Assembly (NCBI GenBank): GCA_963702845.1
Contig: OY969763.1
Span: 2,912,001 to 2,976,000 of the forward strand
DNA: 64,000 bases
Direction: 5' to 3'
Origin: an uncultured Verrucomicrobiae bacterium
GTDB taxonomy: Bacteria; Verrucomicrobiota; Verrucomicrobiia; Limisphaerales; Palsa-1400
The number at the start of each line of letters is the position of its first letter. The first letter of the stretch is position 1. The translations under genes and the position numbers were made by a program. A model generated the notes under the pieces. That model was given only the letters and a program-made list of their open reading frames with translations, was not told where the DNA came from and ran no database searches. Shown here piece after piece: positions 31,202 to 42,619 of the stretch.

Positions 31202-31312
31202 GCGGCTACCGATGGCAGGGGCACCGAACCACGCCAGCATTAAACAATGGGGACTGGGCACATGGATTAATTTGTTATGCAGGCTATTCGATCATGCCAT
31301 CGGTTCCTTTTT
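31202..31312 (+). ncRNA. Candidate small structured RNA (long imperfect hairpin)
   Basis: 10-bp closing stem (31208-31217/31295-31304), nested internal pairings, a downstream T-tract and an upstream TTGACA-N18-TGCAAT. Confidence 0.35.
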
Positions 31313-31383
31313 GTACAGATACTCCCCTGCTCCGCTGAACCATTTCCTTGCGCACCCGCTCAATTTCTGGACGAATAGCCAAC

Positions 31384-32223
31384 GTGAAGTTTGCAATCTG
31401 TAACGAAATTTTTTCTGATTGGAATTTGCAGGATGCATTGGGGTTTGCGCAGAAGACCGGTTATCAGGGAATTGAAATTGCGCCTTACACAATTGCTTCT
31501 GCCGTTACCCAGGTTTCAGCCACTGAGCGCTCTCAAATCCAAAAACTAGCCGCTCGCGTCGGCATTGAAATCTGCGGGATTCATTGGGTGCTCATCGGTG
31601 TTGAAGGATTGTATCTGAACCATCCAAACACTCCGGTTCAAAACCGCACGAGGCAATATCTCTGTGACCTTGTGAATTTTTGCGCAGACATTGGTGGAAA
31701 AACTATGGTGGTTGGCTCGCCCAAACAGCGCAACGTCATGCAGGAAGTCAGTTCGGCGCGAGCCTGGGCCATTGCCACCGACACCTTCCGCGATGCTGTC
31801 AAGACAGCCGAAGATCGGGGTGTAACTATTTGCATCGAACCACTCGCTCCCACAGAAACCAACTTCATCAATACCGCGTACGAAGCAGTCGAGTTTGCGC
31901 AACAATTCAAAAGCCCGGCAATGAAGATTATCCTCGATGTCAAAGCGATGTGTTCGGAACAAATCTCAATTCCGCAAATCATTCACGAATCGACGCCGCA
32001 CTTTGCCCACTTTCACGCCAACGATAAAAACTTAAAAGGACCGGGTTTCGGCAAAGTTGATTTTCGTCCGATTGCCGGCGCATTGAAAGAATCCGGTTAC
32101 AACGGATACGTTTCAGTTGAAGTGTTCAAGTTCGATGAAGGTCCGGAAGTGATCGCAACAAAAAGCCTGCAATACCTTCACGAAGTTTTCGGGTTGAAGA
32201 ATCCGCAACCTGCAACGACGTAA
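31384..32223 (+). CDS. Sugar phosphate isomerase/epimerase (xylose-isomerase-like TIM barrel, D-psicose/tagatose 3-epimerase type)
   Basis: GYQGIEIAP, IEPL...ETNFINT, DVK, HFHAND, GPGFGKVDF and VSVEVF. Confidence 0.9.
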   Translation: MKFAICNEIFSDWNLQDALGFAQKTGYQGIEIAPYTIASAVTQVSATERSQIQKLAARVGIEICGIHWVLIGVEGLYLNHPNTPVQNRTRQYLCDLVNFCADIGGKTMVVGSPKQRNVMQEVSSARAWAIATDTFRDAVKTAEDRGVTICIEPLAPTETNFINTAYEAVEFAQQFKSPAMKIILDVKAMCSEQISIPQIIHESTPHFAHFHANDKNLKGPGFGKVDFRPIAGALKESGYNGYVSVEVFKFDEGPEVIATKSLQYLHEVFGLKNPQPATT

Positions 32224-32227
32224 GTTC

Positions 32228-32935
32228 ATGACGACAAAAACCGCAATCATCACAGGCGCAGGCAGCGGCGTCGGGCGCGCGATCACAATTGCATTGGCGC
32301 GCGAGCAATGGAAATTAACGATCACCGGACGGCAGCAAGCGCCGCTCGAAGAAACCAGGTGTATGACGGAAAGCTCCGATGTTTTGGTCGCACCCTGCGA
32401 TCTGCGCAACGAGGCGGACGTAACGAAAATGATTCAACAAGCGCGCGAGCGATTCGGCTTTGTGTCGACGCTAATCTATGCCGCGGGAATTAACGTTCCG
32501 CGCCGAAGCTGGTCCGAAATCAGCACTGAAGATTTTCGCAGCATTATTGATACAAATCTGACCGGCGCATTTTTCTGCTCGCGCGGGCTCATCGGCGACA
32601 TGCGCAAGAATAGTAACGGCACGATCATTCACATCGTTTCTGATGCAGCCAAGCAAGCCAGCGCCAAATCAGGCATTGCCTATAGCGCTTCAAAGTTTGC
32701 ACAAGCGGGCCTGGTGCAATCGATCAATGCTGAAGAACGCGCGAACGGCATTCGCGCCTGCGCCATTTTCCCGGGCGACATTGACACTCCCCTGCTCAAC
32801 AAACGTCAATCGCCGCCGCCGGCGGAGGCCCGTGCAAAAATGTTAAAGCCGGATGACATCGCACAATGCGTATTGCTCGCGTTAAATTTGCCCGATCGCG
32901 CAATCGTAGAAGAAATTGTGATTCGGCCGCGGTGA
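32228..32935 (+). CDS. Short-chain dehydrogenase/reductase
   Basis: TGAGSGVG, DTNLTG, YSASK and FPGDIDT. Confidence 0.92.
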   Translation: MTTKTAIITGAGSGVGRAITIALAREQWKLTITGRQQAPLEETRCMTESSDVLVAPCDLRNEADVTKMIQQARERFGFVSTLIYAAGINVPRRSWSEISTEDFRSIIDTNLTGAFFCSRGLIGDMRKNSNGTIIHIVSDAAKQASAKSGIAYSASKFAQAGLVQSINAEERANGIRACAIFPGDIDTPLLNKRQSPPPAEARAKMLKPDDIAQCVLLALNLPDRAIVEEIVIRPR

Positions 32936-32951
32936 GCTTTTCAATGGCTGT

Positions 32952-34090
32952 TCAGAACGACACGGCCAAACCAACATTTACCGATATGGCATCGGTGAAA
33001 TCTACCGCCGCCACATGCGGACCAATTCTATGCTCATACGTGCCGAGGTCCTGCCACTGCACTCCGATAAAAATGCGTTCGTCGGGATAAATGGGAATGA
33101 CTATGTTTCCTGCCAGAAATCCTCCGGCGACCACCCCTATTGTATCGCTCGATCCTTGTTGCGCCGCTGACGTTGCACCGCCGCTGAGACTCACGCTTGC
33201 TGGAAGAAAGACCTGCTCGCGAAATGAGAAAGTACTGTCAAACACCGCTACGCCCAAGCCACCGGCGAAATCGAGTTCCAGTCGGTTACAAATCGGAATG
33301 TGCAGTTTCGGCCCCAAATGAAGCTGCCAAACATTGGCGTCAAAATGACGATCAGAGACAACCGTTGCGATTTGGCCATTCGGCGCGACGCTGCGCATTG
33401 GAGTATCGCCCAGCAGTGATGTGCCAAGCCCCCCCGAAAACGGCCCGTTGTAAGGAGCCGCCGGAACACCAGTAGCGAAAACCAGATCTGCGGAATCGCA
33501 TAGACGTCAGTCGTCACCAGCACCGGCGATGTGGTCGTCTTATTTTCGTTCACATCAATCTTGGTAAAACCGAAATCTGCTTCAATGCCCCAATACCACT
33601 TCTCGGATTGGCAAATAATGCGCTCATACTCCAGGTTAAACCCGTGGCGCGGGTCATCGTTCTTTATCTCTCCGAACGGCTGCGTAAAACTGCTGTGCAT
33701 CGAAATCGTGTTCGCCGTATCGTTCCGTTGACTGTCATTCTGGTAGCCCCAAAACGTGGTCGTATTTGGAAACGTTTGAGCGCTGTGATCGTTGCCCTGC
33801 GCATCGACCTTATTATATCCGTCGTCATAGGTATGATTAGCTGGATGCGTCGCTGGACCAGGATTGAACGGCGGCTGGGTACCGCCAAAACCTTTGAAAC
33901 CCGTGCGAATATTCAAGCCCATTTGATAGGACATACTTACGTTGTTCAACGGCCGGATCGAAGGTCTGGGTTTGACCGCATCCAGCCGCACTATCTCACG
34001 CTGCACTGCTCCGTCGAGTTGATCGTTTTGGGCACGGGCGCATGCCACCATCAAAAAACCGCCGACTAAGGCCAAACGCAATGATATCAT
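32952..34090 (-). CDS. Hypothetical outer-membrane beta-barrel-like protein; frameshifted around 33400-33490
   Basis: Signal peptide, amphipathic strands (GFNLEYER, WGIEADFGFT, FIGVQWQDLG) and C-terminal VNVGLAVSF. ORFs 33248-34219 and 32952-33398 are two halves. Confidence 0.65.
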
Positions 34091-34258
34091 AGCGGGTGTA
34101 TAATTGATTGACAGTTTAACTAACGCTATGGAAAAGACAACCTTGAGTGAAGGGAGTTTGACTTCAAGGTTTTGCCCATCCGCAGCCCTGTGCATAAATT
34201 TTTTGAAAAACTTCTGCACATCGCGCGACGGAACCGTTAAGAATACCCCCCGCGAACA

Positions 34259-34936
34259 ATGAAAGGCTTGTTCATCACATTCGAAGGCACCGAGGGTAGC
34301 GGCAAATCAACCCAAATTGCATTGCTGGAAGAACGTTTACTCGAAGCCGGAAACGTCGTCCAGATGCTGCGCGAACCGGGTGGAACCCCTATTGGCGAAG
34401 AAATCCGCCACACCCTCAAGCACAGCGAATTCAATCGCGGGATGAAGCCCGAAACGGAATTGCTCCTGATGAATGCCGCGCGCGCGCAACTCGTCCGGGA
34501 AGTTATTCGTCCAGCGCTCGATGCCGGCGAAATTGTCCTTTGCGATCGTTTTTATGACTCGACGATTGCCTATCAAGGCTACGGCCGCGGTTTGGATCCG
34601 AAGTGGGTGCAGACCATTGTTGATTTCGCCATCGGCGATACCCGACCCGATCTGACCTTGCTCCTCACCGTTCCCGTTTCAATCAGCGAAGCGCGTCGTC
34701 TTGCTCGGCAGCCTTTGCTGATTCCGGTTCCACCCACGAAAGCGCCCGGACCGCCGAAACTTGGATTTATCCGCGATCGAATGGAAGAAGCTGACCGCGC
34801 GTTCTTCGAACGCGTGGAAGAGGGCTATAGAGAAATTGCAGGATCCGATAAAAAGCGGATTAAAGCGATCGACGGAACGCAAACCGTTGACAAAGTCACC
34901 AGCGACATCTGGGCGCAAGTGTCCAAACTGCTTTAG
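34259..34936 (+). CDS. tmk: Thymidylate kinase
   Basis: FITFEGTEGSGKSTQ, REPGGT and CDRFYDSTIAYQGYGRG. Confidence 0.96.
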   Translation: MKGLFITFEGTEGSGKSTQIALLEERLLEAGNVVQMLREPGGTPIGEEIRHTLKHSEFNRGMKPETELLLMNAARAQLVREVIRPALDAGEIVLCDRFYDSTIAYQGYGRGLDPKWVQTIVDFAIGDTRPDLTLLLTVPVSISEARRLARQPLLIPVPPTKAPGPPKLGFIRDRMEEADRAFFERVEEGYREIAGSDKKRIKAIDGTQTVDKVTSDIWAQVSKLL

Positions 34937-35760
34937 ATATTCTGGGCAAACGCCAGCAGGCCGCGGTACTCCGCCATGATTGTCTTTAATGCCACGATGA
35001 TCGCATCGGCTTGAAGCTGCGTTGGAGCGGCATGCGGTGTTTCGAAAATAATCTCAAACGGCACCGGGTCGACTTCCGCCGGAGCGGCCAGGATGCCTTC
35101 GTACGCTTTATAGATAATTCCGTCGCGCGCTGCGAAACCGTCGATCGTCGCATTCACATTTCGGGGCAAAATCTTTCCCGCTTCCCGCAATGCTGGTCGC
35201 AATAACGCTTCAGTCAAAGTATGCCCGCGCACGAAACCGTAAATGCCTTCGCTCGTATCGTCAGCATGCAACTGAATAATGCCGTGAAAATGTCTGGCGC
35301 GCAGTTCCTTTTCCAAAAGCTCGACCTCCGGTTCGGTCGAGTGCTTCCAAAATTCGCGATTCAGATCTTTGCCGGCGCGCGAATAACGCGTGTTTTCCTC
35401 GAAGCCGGTGGGGTTACAGACCGGGTATGCATCAATGCGATAACCTTCGGCAAGGGCAGGCTGTTCGGATAATTCACTGAGAAATTGCACGACGGCTAAC
35501 GCTCCCGCTGGTTCGTCTCCGTGAATCGCCGCAAAAATACCGAGACGGATTGGGTCGGAAATGTTTGGATCGCGAAACGTTAGCCTCGGCAAATGATACT
35601 CTGCGCCGCCAACAGCAAACGAACCCAAGCACTCCGCCTGAACATGCGGCGCACGAACCGCCGGCTCGAGCAATAGCTCAAGCGAGCGTTTGCCGTCCTT
35701 GACGATAAACTGTGTGTCCGCGTCAAATGCCACGATAGTAATAATGACAGAGCGAACCAT
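34933..35760 (-). CDS. M14-family zinc metallocarboxypeptidase / succinylglutamate desuccinylase-like
   Basis: IHGDE (HxxE), NPTG, DLNREF, LHAD and FETP. Confidence 0.85.
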   Translation of the reverse strand: MVRSVIITIVAFDADTQFIVKDGKRSLELLLEPAVRAPHVQAECLGSFAVGGAEYHLPRLTFRDPNISDPIRLGIFAAIHGDEPAGALAVVQFLSELSEQPALAEGYRIDAYPVCNPTGFEENTRYSRAGKDLNREFWKHSTEPEVELLEKELRARHFHGIIQLHADDTSEGIYGFVRGHTLTEALLRPALREAGKILPRNVNATIDGFAARDGIIYKAYEGILAAPAEVDPVPFEIIFETPHAAPTQLQADAIIVALKTIMAEYRGLLAFAQNI

Positions 35761-35794
35761 TTCGGCAAGCAGTCCAACCTGGTGTGTTCCAGCG

Positions 35795-35824
35795 TTGACA
35801 TACGAATCAAATCAATTGTACATT
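35795..35824 (+). promoter_or_regulatory. Putative sigma70 promoter TTGACA-N18-TACATT (paralog 1)
   Basis: Same architecture as the promoters of paralogs 2 and 3. Confidence 0.5.
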
Positions 35825-35876
35825 CTCGGCTATACCGTCTGATGCCCAGTTAGACAACTCCTAGCCAGAGGTCCAA

Positions 35877-38800
35877 ATGAAAAAGCTATCTCTAATTCTG
35901 TCATTCGCCATCCCGTTTCTTGCTTCCAACACATTACAAGCCCACCCGTATGCTTCGGGTGTCACTATTACAAGTGGCACGGTTTCGTTCTACCTGAACG
36001 AACCTGCTGACAGCGCCTACGTTGTGTTTGAGGATCACACCACAAACACATTGTCCGGCGTAAACACGTCCGGCGTTAAGTCGTTCGCGCTCGGTGCGCA
36101 CACGAGCTATTCAATTTACGTCAATAAGGTTGGCTCCGGGAACCCGTCGCTGATCAGCAGTGACGCCGCCGTATTTTGCAAATGGAACTCTCCTCGCGGT
36201 GTTGCCGTTAATTTCAATCCTAAAATCGGCTCAAAATTCGGTCGCATCTATGTTGCAAACAGCGCTATCGGTGGAACCGCTCCCAACGCCAAAGGCAAAG
36301 GTCTATATGCATTGAACGCCAATTTCACCGAAGCACTTGGCCGCGGCACCAACGCATCCCTGTCCTCCACCTTCACGGCTGCCTCGGCCAGCCAGCCGTA
36401 TCGCCTCGGTTTCAACCCTGACGATAACAGTATTGTAATTGGTGACTTTTCAACGGCAGCGGCAACTGTTTGGATGGCAGACTCCGATTTGACCACACCA
36501 ACTCAGGTGTTGGGCGTCGTCGGCCAAGTTGAGGGTCAAAATGCAGGGGTGCACGGTGAAATTAATAGCGTCTATGCCCGTGGCACCATTGCCAACAGCA
36601 ATTTCGTTCTGTGGACGGGCGATCCATCACTGCTTTCAGCGGCAACAAACTCTACGACGCCAAACAGCTACAACAACCTCAACCGTTACAACATCGGCAG
36701 CGGCCCTCTCCCTTGGGGAAATGCACCGAATCTCGCAATCAATCTCGGATTGCCAACCACGCAACAGGATATACCTGTTGATATCGATATCGACCCCAAC
36801 GGAAACATTTACGGCGGTTTCAACCGCGCTGCGAAGGACGCCCCTTGCCTTCAAGTCTTCGCACCCAATAGTTCGACACCTTATTACTCCTCTTTGGATA
36901 CCGGCAACAATATTGAAACTATTACCAACGGTTGCAATTCCATGCGCGTGTCACCCGATGGCAAGTATGTTGCATGTATGTCGGCCGGGAACCTCATATA
37001 TGTCATGAGCATTATCAATGGATCACCTGACCCGACGACCCTGTTCACGATTCCAAACACGCCCACGACCATTACGGGCCGCAATATCGCGTGGGATGCA
37101 GCGGACAACATCTACGAAGTCAGCTCTGGCCAAGCTCTGCTTCGCTGCTATTCGTTGGGCCAGACGACCACCGCAATAACGAGCAACGACTCAACCGGCC
37201 TCAATGGCAGTTTCTCATTGGTTGTTCCTCCCTATAATGTTTCACTTCAAGCTTCGACGCCTATTGCTTCGCAGAACCACGGCAGCCCGATTCCCGGCGT
37301 TTTTACCATCAGTCGCAGCAGCGGTGACCTTACAAAATCTTTAACTGTCAACTTCACGCTCAGCGGAACTGCCACTAACGGCACCTACACCACTCCGGCT
37401 AGGACAAACATTACGTTTGCACCTAATCAAACAACCACCAATATCAACATCACACCGACTGCAACGCCGGTTTCAGGCCCAACGCTGACCGTAGTGCTTT
37501 CGTTGCAGCCGTCGCAATCCTACATCATCACACCGCCCGCAAGCGCGACAATTTCCATCCTGAACACCGGCCCTCAATATGTGTTTGCTTCCGCAGTCGT
37601 TGCCCCTGGCGAGATGTATCGTGGACACACGACCGATTACGCTCTCTACGTCCTCACACGTTGGGGTGACATAAACCCGCCGTCCGGCGCCTATGACGTC
37701 AACATGACGTACAGCGGATCCGCTGTGCTTGGCACAGACTATATGACTGGCACTCCGACAGTCACAATCAACCCCGGTGACGTCACCGTCATTGCCAGCG
37801 TGTCCCAACCGGTCAAGAACACCACTTATTCCGGTGACAAAACGATTACTGTCCAAACCGCATCGGGTAGCGGTTATACCGCCGGAACCAACACAGCTAT
37901 TCTGACCCTGCTCGATAATTTGTATCCTGCAGAAACCGTGTTGTGGTCAGATGATTTGAGCGCCGACACCTCGACGAATTGGACGGCCATGGCGAGAACG
38001 ACGGCTGGCCCAACCACAGATTACAGCGCGAATTTCGCTTACCCGGTCGGGAATGATTTTGTTGGCAATGCACCGAATGGCGCGGCAACGGCACTGAAAG
38101 TTACCTGCAACAAATCTGCCAATGCTGCCGCAGGCCTTAATCTGTTTCCGACGGGACGCTCATTCAGCAACAATTTTGCATTGCGCTTCGATATGAACTT
38201 GGTCCAGGACCAGAACTTAAGCACAGCTACCGAATCCGCTTTGTTCGGCATCGATCACGCCGGCAACAACGTAAACTGGCTCAGCTCGAGCGTGGCTGGC
38301 ACTGGCAGCGCCGATGGTGTGTGGTACACGATTTCGTCCGACGCCGGCGGAGCCGCATCTGGTGACTTCTTTGAATTCAGCGGAGCTACACTGCGTAGCG
38401 CGCTCTCCAGTGCTGGCTTCACCAACTCATACAAACATCCTGGCGTCTATACGTCAGTATTCACCGTCGGTAGCACAGGCGCCATTGGTGTCCCGGCGAA
38501 TGCAACTGGTCTCGCGACCGAATGGGCCAGCGTTGAAATTAAGCAAAGTAATAACGTGGTTACCTTGTCAATCGACCACATGCCCATCTATGTCTTTACC
38601 AACACGACGGCCTTCACCACCGGCGCCGTCATGCTCGGTTACGACGATCCATTCGCTTCAGTGGGCACTAGCGGCGCCGCTTACTATTCAAATGCGCGCG
38701 TCGTCGACTTAGGCTCTGGCATCGCGATCGCACCGAGGATTACGAGCGTCACGGTTAATGGCGCTAATGTTGTCATCTCGTTCACGACGACGAGTACCAG

Positions 38801-38954
38801 CGACACGACCTCGGCATTTACATTACAGAGTGTAGGTAATGTTACCGGCACTTTCACGGATGTTGCCGCAACGATTACAGGTGGCTCTGGATCGTTCCAG
38901 GCGACGATTTCGCTCGCTGGGGCAACTCAGTTCTATCGAATCCGGCACAATTAA
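35877..38954 (+). CDS. Large secreted protein, paralog 1 (beta-propeller-like, Calx-beta-like, lectin-like, C-terminal FYRI domain)
   Basis: Signal peptide; HPYASGVT..F.LNE; SPDGKYVA; GRNIAWDAADN; FTISRSSGDL...LTVNFTLSGTA; ends QFYRIRHN. Confidence 0.85.
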   Translation: MKKLSLILSFAIPFLASNTLQAHPYASGVTITSGTVSFYLNEPADSAYVVFEDHTTNTLSGVNTSGVKSFALGAHTSYSIYVNKVGSGNPSLISSDAAVFCKWNSPRGVAVNFNPKIGSKFGRIYVANSAIGGTAPNAKGKGLYALNANFTEALGRGTNASLSSTFTAASASQPYRLGFNPDDNSIVIGDFSTAAATVWMADSDLTTPTQVLGVVGQVEGQNAGVHGEINSVYARGTIANSNFVLWTGDPSLLSAATNSTTPNSYNNLNRYNIGSGPLPWGNAPNLAINLGLPTTQQDIPVDIDIDPNGNIYGGFNRAAKDAPCLQVFAPNSSTPYYSSLDTGNNIETITNGCNSMRVSPDGKYVACMSAGNLIYVMSIINGSPDPTTLFTIPNTPTTITGRNIAWDAADNIYEVSSGQALLRCYSLGQTTTAITSNDSTGLNGSFSLVVPPYNVSLQASTPIASQNHGSPIPGVFTISRSSGDLTKSLTVNFTLSGTATNGTYTTPARTNITFAPNQTTTNINITPTATPVSGPTLTVVLSLQPSQSYIITPPASATISILNTGPQYVFASAVVAPGEMYRGHTTDYALYVLTRWGDINPPSGAYDVNMTYSGSAVLGTDYMTGTPTVTINPGDVTVIASVSQPVKNTTYSGDKTITVQTASGSGYTAGTNTAILTLLDNLYPAETVLWSDDLSADTSTNWTAMARTTAGPTTDYSANFAYPVGNDFVGNAPNGAATALKVTCNKSANAAAGLNLFPTGRSFSNNFALRFDMNLVQDQNLSTATESALFGIDHAGNNVNWLSSSVAGTGSADGVWYTISSDAGGAASGDFFEFSGATLRSALSSAGFTNSYKHPGVYTSVFTVGSTGAIGVPANATGLATEWASVEIKQSNNVVTLSIDHMPIYVFTNTTAFTTGAVMLGYDDPFASVGTSGAAYYSNARVVDLGSGIAIAPRITSVTVNGANVVISFTTTSTSDTTSAFTLQSVGNVTGTFTDVAATITGGSGSFQATISLAGATQFYRIRHN

Positions 38955-38971
38955 AGGATCTAATTAAAAAT

Positions 38972-39005
38972 GGCTCGGCAGACCTCGTTCTGCCGACCTT
39001 TTCTT
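38972..39005 (+). terminator. Rho-independent terminator
   Basis: tcggcaga-N6-tctgccga with a T-rich tail. Confidence 0.6.
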
Positions 39006-39042
39006 GTTCAATTGGCGCTGTAAAATGTACAGCTACAACGGT

Positions 39043-39115
39043 ATCAGGAAACCCCTGATTCAGCGCGATAAGTCGCTATGGGCGATTGACAATCTGATTG
39101 AAAAACGCCTAGCAT
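39043..39115 (+). promoter_or_regulatory. Palindromic box ATCAGG-N5-CCTGAT plus promoter TTGACA-N18-TAGCAT (paralog 2)
   Basis: Conserved almost verbatim at 42509-42580. Confidence 0.6.
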
Positions 39116-39153
39116 TCGGCTCACCTTAGTGCGCGTGCTCCAAACTTTAACTT

Positions 39154-42100
39154 ATGAAAAAACTTACTTCCGTCCTGATCCTGGCTGGTGGTTTACTAGC
39201 AGCTGTTACCGCGAATGCAACGCCGTTTGCTTCGTGCATCAGTAATATCAACAACACCGTCTACTTCAACCTCAACGAACCCGGTGGCAACGTCACCGTC
39301 ACGTATGAAGACGGCAGCACTAACGCCAATTTTGACGGCAAAGTAACCGGCCTAAACCTTCCTGTCGGCTATCAAAATTTCAGTCTTGTCGGCCATTCCA
39401 GCTACGCCATTTCCGTCTATAAGGTAGGCAGCGGTTCGCCAAGCGTTACCAAAAACATCGCTCGGAACACCGGTCGCGGCATAGTAGGCAACGTCAGGCC
39501 GACGTCGCCATATTTTGGTTACGTTTACTCTGTAATCGGCGGTTCCGGTACAGTAGTCATGCGCAGCGATGGCAGTGGCGGGGCGGCCGGCAATCCATTT
39601 CCAGGGAGCACACTGAAACCGACGATGGTTAGTGGCGACCTTTGGGGAGCCAATACTTACTCTGAGGTCGGCATCTCGATCGCTCCGGATGATTACGTCC
39701 TCGTCTCCGATTACACCTCCGCTGTAGAAGGCGGCGTTATTCGCGTGAACCCGACGTTTACCAGTGCGCAACTACTCCTAAATGGTCTCACTGGCCTCAG
39801 CAGCCCTGCCGATACTGGCAGTGGCCAGAATCACGGAACGGCCGAATCGCGCGCAATCATGACTGCCGGCGTCGGGAGCAACGCAACTTTGTTCGTGGTG
39901 GACGGAACAGCTTTCCCTTATTACAACCAGCTTTGTAGATACGACCTAGGAAACGCGATCTATGGAAACGGAACAATGCCGTTTATTGGTCAGCCTTCAA
40001 TTCTAGCGGCTATCAATCCATCTGTTGCTCCTAATGGCCCGCTGACCAACCCAGTCCCGGGATTTGGCAGGTACTCTTCGCGCTGGTTTGTCAATGGGCA
40101 CAAACGGTTATATCTATGCGAGCTGCGACAGAGCAAACCTATCGAATCCCAACCTTCAGGTTTATGCTCCAGATGGCGTAACCCTGCTTTGGAGTTCATT
40201 CTACACCAATAACGGAGTGCTTCAGGACTATACGGTCACCGGGACCACACAACTCCCTGAAACTCACTCAGGTCCAGCGGAATCGGCATTGTCTCCCGAC
40301 AACCGTTACATTGCGCTGATTCACGACGACAACCACCTAACGATCTTCACCCTTACCAATGGCATTCCTGACCTTTCCACGGAATACCTGATTAATGCCA
40401 AACAAGAACTGTTCACAACGAACGTCCAAGGCACCATCTCTGGTCGTGGAATTTGCTGGGATGCAGCGAATAACCTTTGGGTATCGTGCGTTACGACTAA
40501 TGCCTCCAATACTGGCTTTGGTGCTGTGATGCAGATTTCCGTGGGTCGTACAGCCACGGCTATCACCAGTGGTAATTCCACTGGCACAACTGGATTCCAA
40601 ATCGTTTCACCGACCGAGGTGGACATAGCGCCCGTGCAACCTTTTGCTCCCCAAGCCAACAGCTATCCGAATTATCCTATCGCGGCTACGAACGTAATCA
40701 CTCGTATCGGCGACATTAGTTCGCCGCTTACTGTCACATTTTCAATGAGCGGAACGGCTGGGGCCGGCACCTATACGGTGAGTGTCCCTAGTTCAATTAC
40801 CTTTGCTCCCGGACAAAGTTCGACAAACGTCACCGTTACCGCGGTCACCGACGGCATTCCTCGTCCGACGACAACGGCCATCATGACGTTAAACAGCAGT
40901 GGCTCGGGGCAATACATCGTTGGTTTCCAAAATCAGGCCACAATATTCATCATCAATACCGCCACACCGCAATTGACTGTCGGCAACGCTGCAACGTCGA
41001 TGTATAAAGCTTACTCCAACGATTACGCCTCGATCTCTGTTACGCGTATCGGAGATACAAACATTGCCGTAACGAGCGCTGCATTCACTTATGGCGGTGC
41101 GGCAGTCAGAAATACGGATTTCGCCAGCATCAGTACCACAGTCGCATTTGCCAAAGGCGACCTCACGAAGACGGTCAAGATTGCCAAACCACTCGTGAAT
41201 GGCCAAATTCCGGTTCACACCTCAAATCCAACCTACACTGGAGATAAGACCTTTACCGTGACGATCCCGTCAGGAACGGGCTACAACACATATTCGAGCA
41301 ACAATGTCGCAACGCTAAAGATCGTCGACAATGCATACCCCACCGCCACGGTGCTCTACGCGAATCCGTTGACCGATCCTAATGACTCGGCGAACTGGAA
41401 CATTACCGCTGCCGTTGGCGACACATCCGCCAGCACCGATTACTACGTCGATTTCGGCTACGATCTCAGCGCCAACAACGGTCAATCGGGTGCCAATGGC
41501 CTTATTTCGCTGCCTCCGAATGGGCAATCGAGCGCTCTGCATGTGACAACAGGCAAACAGTTCGGCAATGAAGCCCAAGCAGTGAACGTGTACCTCACCA
41601 GTCAACGGTTCAGCGGCAACTATGCCGTTCGGTTCAACATGTATGTTGTCCAGGGCCAGAACGTCCCAATGTCGGACGAAGGCCCACTGTTCGGCATCAA
41701 CCACGACGGTGTGGAAAGCAACTGGTGGTTTGGTTCGGGCACTCTGACTCCTAACACATCATGGTCGGCAGACGGCGTTTGGTACTGGATCGACGCGTGG
41801 GCGGGCGGCCTAGGCAGCGATTACAGGGAGTTCACCGGAATTTCAAACAACATTCCAAACTCCGGTTGGCGAAATCCGGCCACATCAACGTCGGCATCAT
41901 TCCAAAACATATTCAAAGGTCCTGACGTCTTCTCGACTGTAAACTCCTCGAGCAATGCCGTTTCAGGTCTGCCAGCAAACGCCAGCCCGTTCGTGAAGCC
42001 AAGCCTCGTTGGCAACTGGGCTGATGTTGAAATCAGGAACTCGAACAATGTCGTTGTATTGTCTATCAACAAGCAACAAATCTTCAGCCTCGCCAACACC

Positions 42101-42454
42101 AACTCCCTTTTTCAGAGTGGATACCTGATGTTAGGCTATGAAACGCCTGCCGCATCAACTGGTGCCGGCCCAGACGCAGCCGTCTACTTCTCGGACTTGA
42201 AAGTCGTCAGCCTCGCCTCAGCGATCGCCGCGCCCACCATTACCAGCACCACTGTGAATGGTGCCAACGTGGTCATCAACTTCACCTCGCCGAATGGCGG
42301 TGATACGACGACGTCGTTCACGGTTCGAAGTGTGCCCGTAGTGGATGGCACGTTTACCGACACCCCGGCAACAATCACTGGTGGACCTGGAACATTCCAA
42401 GCGACGCTTCCTTTATCTGGTTCGACGCAGTTCTACCGCATCCATCACAACTAA
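39154..42454 (+). CDS. Large secreted protein, paralog 2; one frameshift near 40060
   Basis: ORFs 39154-40212 and 40064-42454 together align end to end with paralog 3; ends QFYRIHHN. Confidence 0.85.
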
Positions 42455-42470
42455 ATAGATTAATCTAAAC

Positions 42471-42502
42471 AAGCCGGCAGGTTCATTCCTGCCGGCTTTT
42501 TT
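42471..42502 (+). terminator. Rho-independent terminator
   Basis: aagccggcagg...cctgccggct followed by a T-tract. Confidence 0.85.
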
Positions 42503-42508
42503 ATTCCC

Positions 42509-42580
42509 ATCAGGAAACCCCTGATTCAGCGCGGTAGTCGCTATGGGCGATTGACATTCCGTTTGAAAAACCTCTACCAT
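42509..42580 (+). promoter_or_regulatory. Palindromic box ATCAGG-N5-CCTGAT plus promoter TTGACA-N18-TACCAT (paralog 3)
   Basis: Duplicate of 39043-39115. Confidence 0.6.
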
Positions 42581-42619
42581 AAGGACGACCTTGGTGCGCG
42601 TGCTCCAAAATCAAATCTT

